64,000 nucleotides of DNA from an uncultured Phycisphaerales bacterium (GTDB taxonomy: Bacteria > Planctomycetota > Phycisphaerae > Tepidisphaerales > Tepidisphaeraceae). Position numbers and translations under genes: made by a program. The stretch covers positions 3,296,001 to 3,360,000 of the forward strand of contig CAVWVQ010000003.1 of the NCBI GenBank assembly GCA_963758525.1, given 5' to 3'. Positions 59,972-64,000 of the stretch are shown here, piece after piece (position 1 is the first letter of the stretch; each line of letters begins with the position of its first letter). Under the pieces are notes generated by a model. That model saw only the letters and a list, made by a program, of their open reading frames with translations, was not told the DNA's origin and did no database searches.

Positions 59972-60215
59972 GGAGCCAGAAGCCAGAAGTAAGGAGCCAG
60001 AAGCAAAATCAGTCGCCAGATCCCCGTCTTGATTCTGGCTTCTTACTCCTGGCTTCGGGTGTAACTTTTATTTGTGGCGATTGCAGATTTTGCGATCGTA
60101 GGGCGGGATTCATCCCGCCGTTTTCTCAGCCGGCCAACAAATCGGCGGGATGAATCCCGCCCTACTCGGAGCCGATCGCCACTTTCGAGCGCCACACCCC
60201 CTGGCTTCTGGCTTC
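59972..60215. repeat. Inverted heptamer repeats (AGCCAGA / TCTGGCT) interrupted by MITE copy 2
   Basis: GAGCCAGAAGCCAGAAGTAAGGAGCCAGAAG vs TTCTGGCTTCTTACTCCTGGCTTC|TGGCTTC. Confidence 0.7.
60057..60199. mobile_element. 143-bp MITE, copy 2
   Basis: Identical to 20950-21092; 9-bp duplication CCTGGCTTC (60048-60056, 60200-60208). Confidence 0.9.
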
Positions 60216-60227
60216 ACCCGTTCCCCC

Positions 60228-61754
60228 TGTCAAGCGCCGATAGAAATGTCCGGTGTTTCCGGCCGATAGAAATGTCCGGTTCACGCCGTGGCGGATCTGC
60301 GCCAGGGATGGGTTGACGCTGGACGCCACGATTGTTTTGAGCTACCACAACTGCCGCCGGCGGAAGGACAGGGCTCCGCAGGAGTGCGACCCGAGCGCCC
60401 GCCGGTCTGATGTACCGTGATCGACCCGGTCGAGCCTTCGGCCGGGTCGTTTGCTTTCATCACGGGGATCAGCCCATGCGGCAAACTCCGGGGGGTCGGG
60501 GGCAGAGCCCCCAATTCATCCGCTTCCTTCTTTTTTCCCGACGCCGCGAGCGCCGGCTCCCATGCCAGATATCTGCCTTTGAAACGAATCCTCATCGACC
60601 CGTCCGCTCGATTCTCGACAATCACCTTCCCGCCGCGCTGGCCGGGCAACGCCGGCGGCAGCAACTGATACACCTGGTTCTCAAAGCGGATTGTGTAATC
60701 GTTCATCACCACACGCTCATGCTGAATCGATAGAACCGCATCCAGGTCCAGCTTGTCGATCGGGCGATGCGCGTCGTTGCCGCCGGGCTTGTTGGTGCAG
60801 CGACGGTTGAACCAACCGCTGAACTTCTCGTCCAACACCCCGTTGGCCCCCTCCAGCGTACGGGTTTGGGCCAGCCGCAGTTCCTTGACCAATCGATCCT
60901 GGCATGTGCTCCACAATCGCTCGACACGCCCCTTCGCCTGCGGGGAATTGGCCAGAATCAACTCCATTCCCAATTCGTCAATCGCCCGGGAAAACTGCGT
61001 CGAAACGCTCTGCTTCTCGTCGTAACCAGCCACCGATTCCTCCGCCCGGAAAATGCCGTGGCGATCGCTGTACCAACTCACCGGACGACCAAACTTCCTG
61101 ATCCAACGCCCCAGCACGTCCATGTACGCCTCGGTCGTCTCCGACTCATGAAACCTCAGCACCACCCGGTCCGTCGCATCATCGATCATCCCCACCAACG
61201 CCAGCATCGGACCCCGACCCTCCAGCCAGTCATGCGTGCTGGCGTCCGCCTGCACCATCTCCCCGAAACACATTCGCCGCGCACGACGCTGGCGATGCTT
61301 GTCCCGGCGCCGCTGACGCTGCCACAATCCCTCTGACAGCATCCACTCCCGCAGCGTCCGAGTCGCCACAACCACCTTGTCATCTTCCGCCAGCTTCTCC
61401 GAGGCCAGCGTCGGACCGAATCCCAAATACTTGCGGCGATACAACGACAACGCCTGCTTCCGAACCGCCTCGCCGAACCGGCGGTTGGACGGCTTGCCGC
61501 GCAACCCATGCACAATCGCGCCGTCGCCACCAGCCACCAGCCGTCGCCGGATTCGATTCACCTGACGCACAGACAGCTTCAACAGCCGCGCCGCTTCCAC
61601 CTGCGTCCGATCTCCTTTCAATACCAGCGACATCACCTTCAGAACGTCCCGCTCACGCTGAGTCATCTCGATCCGGTCTTTCTCCATCCACTCTCTTCGT
61701 CCAACCGGACATTTCTATTTGCCGAAGACCGGACATTACTATCGGCCGACGACA
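60228..61754 (-). mobile_element. IS1202-like (ISNCY) insertion sequence, 1527 bp
   Basis: TGT...ACA ends; repeated subterminal GCCGATAGAAATGTCCGGT; 18-bp duplication GGCTTCACCCGTTCCCCC (60210-60227, 61755-61772). Confidence 0.9.
60281..61687 (-). CDS. DDE transposase (HTH + rve core), IS1202-like
   Basis: AARLLKLSVRQV, HGLRGKPSN, GPTLASEKL, QADAS.HDW, IDDAT, YSDRH, PQAKGRVER. Confidence 0.92.
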   Translation of the reverse strand: MEKDRIEMTQRERDVLKVMSLVLKGDRTQVEAARLLKLSVRQVNRIRRRLVAGGDGAIVHGLRGKPSNRRFGEAVRKQALSLYRRKYLGFGPTLASEKLAEDDKVVVATRTLREWMLSEGLWQRQRRRDKHRQRRARRMCFGEMVQADASTHDWLEGRGPMLALVGMIDDATDRVVLRFHESETTEAYMDVLGRWIRKFGRPVSWYSDRHGIFRAEESVAGYDEKQSVSTQFSRAIDELGMELILANSPQAKGRVERLWSTCQDRLVKELRLAQTRTLEGANGVLDEKFSGWFNRRCTNKPGGNDAHRPIDKLDLDAVLSIQHERVVMNDYTIRFENQVYQLLPPALPGQRGGKVIVENRADGSMRIRFKGRYLAWEPALAASGKKKEADELGALPPTPRSLPHGLIPVMKANDPAEGSTGSITVHQTGGRSGRTPAEPCPSAGGSCGSSKQSWRPASTHPWRRSATA

Positions 61755-61831
61755 GGCTTCACCCGTTCCCCCTTGCCTTCCAAACGTCCATCTGCATAGT
61801 GTTCCCCTTCTTCCTGAGGCGGAAGTTGACC

Positions 61832-61904
61832 GGCCCCGTCGTCTAGAGGCCTAGGACACGGCCCTTTCAAGGCCGCGACACGGGTTCGAATCCCGTCGGG
61901 GTCA
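61832..61904 (+). tRNA. tRNA-Glu (TTC), CCA not encoded
   Basis: Acceptor GGCCCCG/CGGGGTC; anticodon arm CGGCC-CTTTCAA-GGCCG; T arm ACGGG-TTCGAAT-CCCGT. Confidence 0.97.
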
Positions 61905-61951
61905 ATTATCGTCACGTCGCATGCTATCGGTTCGGCCCCGGATGGGGTAAA

Positions 61952-62623
61952 ATGGGACGTTCAATGAGTAAACAGCCACGTTCACAATCGCTGGTAGCGG
62001 CTCGAGCCGCACTGCAACCCCTTCTCGATTACGATGCTTTCCTGGAAAAGCTCAGCCCCAAAGACCGGCTGAACGTTACCCGGCATGTGGAGGCATGCGA
62101 TGCCAACGGCGATCCGCGGCACGCCCAGCTCTGGAAACGCCTGGCCTGCGCGATGATGACCCTCGCGCCGCATTTTGCCAAAACTGACGGGCAGCAGCGC
62201 ATCCGCTTTTTCGTTCCCGACGGGCAGTACCGCATGCAGGTCTTCGCGATGGAAGACCTGCGTGACGGCGTGCTGAGCGTCTATTGCGGCGATGCGCTCG
62301 ACGAAGCGATTGCCGCCGGCCTCGTCGCGCCGCATAAGCCGACCGGCGACGTGGAACCGGGTCAGCCGCTCGACTATCTGCTTCCCGAATCGCACGAGAG
62401 CCTGGCGATCCTGCGCCTCAGCAACGACACGCACGTTCCCGCCATGTTTTACAAGGACATGATGGGATGGAACCGCAAGGCTCTGTGCATCCGCATCCCG
62501 GCAGGGGCCTCGGCGTCGCAAGCCGGCGCCGTCGAACTGCTGGCGGCGCTGTCGTTGGTCCGCGCCGGGAAACCGGCGGCCGCCGCGGCGGCAGCGCCCG
62601 CGCCAAAGGGACGGCGCGGGTAA
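61952..62623 (+). CDS. Hypothetical protein
   Basis: 223-codon ORF with host-like GC3 bias; start may be ATG 61964. Confidence 0.75.
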   Translation: MGRSMSKQPRSQSLVAARAALQPLLDYDAFLEKLSPKDRLNVTRHVEACDANGDPRHAQLWKRLACAMMTLAPHFAKTDGQQRIRFFVPDGQYRMQVFAMEDLRDGVLSVYCGDALDEAIAAGLVAPHKPTGDVEPGQPLDYLLPESHESLAILRLSNDTHVPAMFYKDMMGWNRKALCIRIPAGASASQAGAVELLAALSLVRAGKPAAAAAAAPAPKGRRG

Positions 62624-62657
62624 TTTCCGGCCTGCGACTTGCGCGTCGTTCCATCAT

Positions 62658-62770
62658 CTGCTTAGCCGCGACGCGCAGCGGAGCGCGTCCAGTTGCGTGT
62701 CCTGCCGGATTATGCTGAAAACGCGAAAAACGCTTTCGGACGCGCTCCGCTGCGCGTCGCGGCTGAGCAG
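62658..62770. repeat. REP doublet (33-bp inverted repeat, 1 mismatch)
   Basis: CTGCTTAGCCGCGACGCGCAGCGGAGCGCGTCC ... GGACGCGCTCCGCTGCGCGTCGCGGCTGAGCAG. Confidence 0.8.
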
Positions 62771-62844
62771 CTGGTCGGACCGCTGTTACTCCGCGCTGAT
62801 GTTGCAACCCAACCCGAAACTGACGGACGCTTTCTTCTGATTCG

Positions 62845-63599
62845 ATGCGCACCGACTGGGACAACGTCGCCGACTGGTACGACCATCTTGTTGGCGAATC
62901 CGGAAGCGAGTACCACCGCGAAGTGGTTCTTCCGGGAGTTCTGCGGCTCCTTTCGATACAGAAGGGCGAGCAAGTTCTCGACATTGCCTGCGGCCAGGGC
63001 GTGCTCTGCCGGATTCTTCACCAGCGCGGCGCGATCGTCACCGGCGTCGATGCCGCTCAGGGATTGGTCAACGCGGCGCGCGAACGGGGTCCCGAGGGGA
63101 TCACCTACCTTACCGGCGACGCCCGCCAGCTCTCATTTCTTCCGCCCGATCGCTTCTCTGCCGCGGCGTGTTTGCTGGCGATTCAAAACATCCATCCGAT
63201 TCAGGGAGTGTTCGACAGCGTCGCCCGCGCTTGCGCCCCGATGGCCGATTCGTGCTGGTGATGATGCATCCGAGCTTCCGCGGGCCCAAGGAAACCAGTT
63301 GGGGATGGGACGAGGCCGCGAGTGTGCAATATCGTCGGGTCGATCGCTATCTCGAGCCGCGCAAGACGCCGATCACCACGCACCCCGGCAAAGACGCCGG
63401 CAGCTATACGTGGTCGTTCCACAAGCCCTTGGAAATGTACGTCAAGTCCATCGTCAAAGCCGGGCTGTTAGTCGATGCGCTGGAAGAATGGCCCAGCCAC
63501 AAAAGCAGCACAAGCGGGCCACGCGCCAAAGCGGAGAACGTGGCGCGGAAAGAGATTCCGATGTTCCTGGCGCTGCGGGCGCGGAAGATCGCCAAGTGA
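62845..63599 (+). CDS. Class I SAM-dependent methyltransferase, frameshift near 63230
   Basis: VLDIACGQG, GVD, GDA; shifted frame LRPDGRFVLVMMHPSF...EIPMFL. Confidence 0.88.
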
Positions 63600-63615
63600 T
63601 CCCAAGTCGGGCTCT

Positions 63616-64000
63616 TCAGCGCTGCGGCGTAAGCGTCGCAACTGTTTTCACCTCGACCTGCTCGTTTCGCGCCAGGTCCGCCAGCGTTCGCTTTCCCATT
63701 ACGGCCTTCAGTTGCACCCGGCCGTCATTGAACTGGCGGTCGTGAATCCGCGAGTGCGATTCGATGAAACTCAGCAGCCGGCCGTTGGTGACGTCGGCTT
63801 CGAGCGTGACATCCACCTGCTGCCCGCGCACGTGATTCCATACGGCTTCGACAAGCTCGGCCAGTCCGGTGCCGGCGCGGGCGCTGATAGGGATCGCGCC
63901 GGTATGCAGCGTTCTCCAGAAGGGGAAGGCGGCCTCGCCTTCGTCGGTATCGATCTTGTTCAGCAGCAGGATCTCCGGTTTGCCGGCTGCGCCGATCTCG
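63616..64000 (-). CDS. hflX: GTPase HflX, C-terminal part (runs off window)
   Basis: Minus-strand translation EIGA..KPEILLLNKID (G4) ... ISARAGTGL (G5) then a short C-terminal domain. Confidence 0.8.
   Translation of the reverse strand, partial: EIGAAGKPEILLLNKIDTDEGEAAFPFWRTLHTGAIPISARAGTGLAELVEAVWNHVRGQQVDVTLEADVTNGRLLSFIESHSRIHDRQFNDGRVQLKAVMGKRTLADLARNEQVEVKTVATLTPQR

Noticed and set aside
58449..61904. Integrated island or prophage at tRNA-Glu
   Set aside because: Elements lie 5' of the tRNA, with no integrase and no duplicated tRNA 3' end

Overview
GC-rich chromosomal window, inferred to be from Planctomycetota (probably Phycisphaerae/Tepidisphaerales-like) because of LEPRxLL-type secreted proteins, a DUF1559 prepilin, DUF4058 and a BamB-like PQQ propeller. 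It is mostly housekeeping: thrS, a ccsBA fusion, tgt-yajC-secDF, infC (ATT start), mlaEFD, rpmI-rplT, lptD, msrA, gltB/gltD, ribD, lspA, dksA, pheT, tRNA-Glu(TTC) and the 3' end of hflX. About ten single-base frameshifts occur, including in infC and pheT, so the sequence probably carries assembly indels and split genes should not be read as pseudogenes. Main points of interest: (1) a ~680-nt ORF-free stretch (about 32150-32830) tiled with helices and GNRA/CUUG loops, preceded by a promoter and three DnaA-box-like motifs, a candidate large ncRNA; (2) two identical 143-bp MITEs with GGGTGT ends, 8-9 bp target duplications and an internal GTAG-REP doublet, whose termini match a complete ISKra4-like IS in the same window; (3) that IS has a hairpin-T5C5 site that exactly fits transcriptional slippage; (4) a HEPN + BolA-like gene pair inserted between gltB and gltD; (5) a RAYT-like Y1 transposase carrying three copies of one 18-mer inside its reading frame; (6) an IS1202-like element with an 18-bp target duplication next to tRNA-Glu. 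All family calls come from motif recognition by eye; no searches were run.
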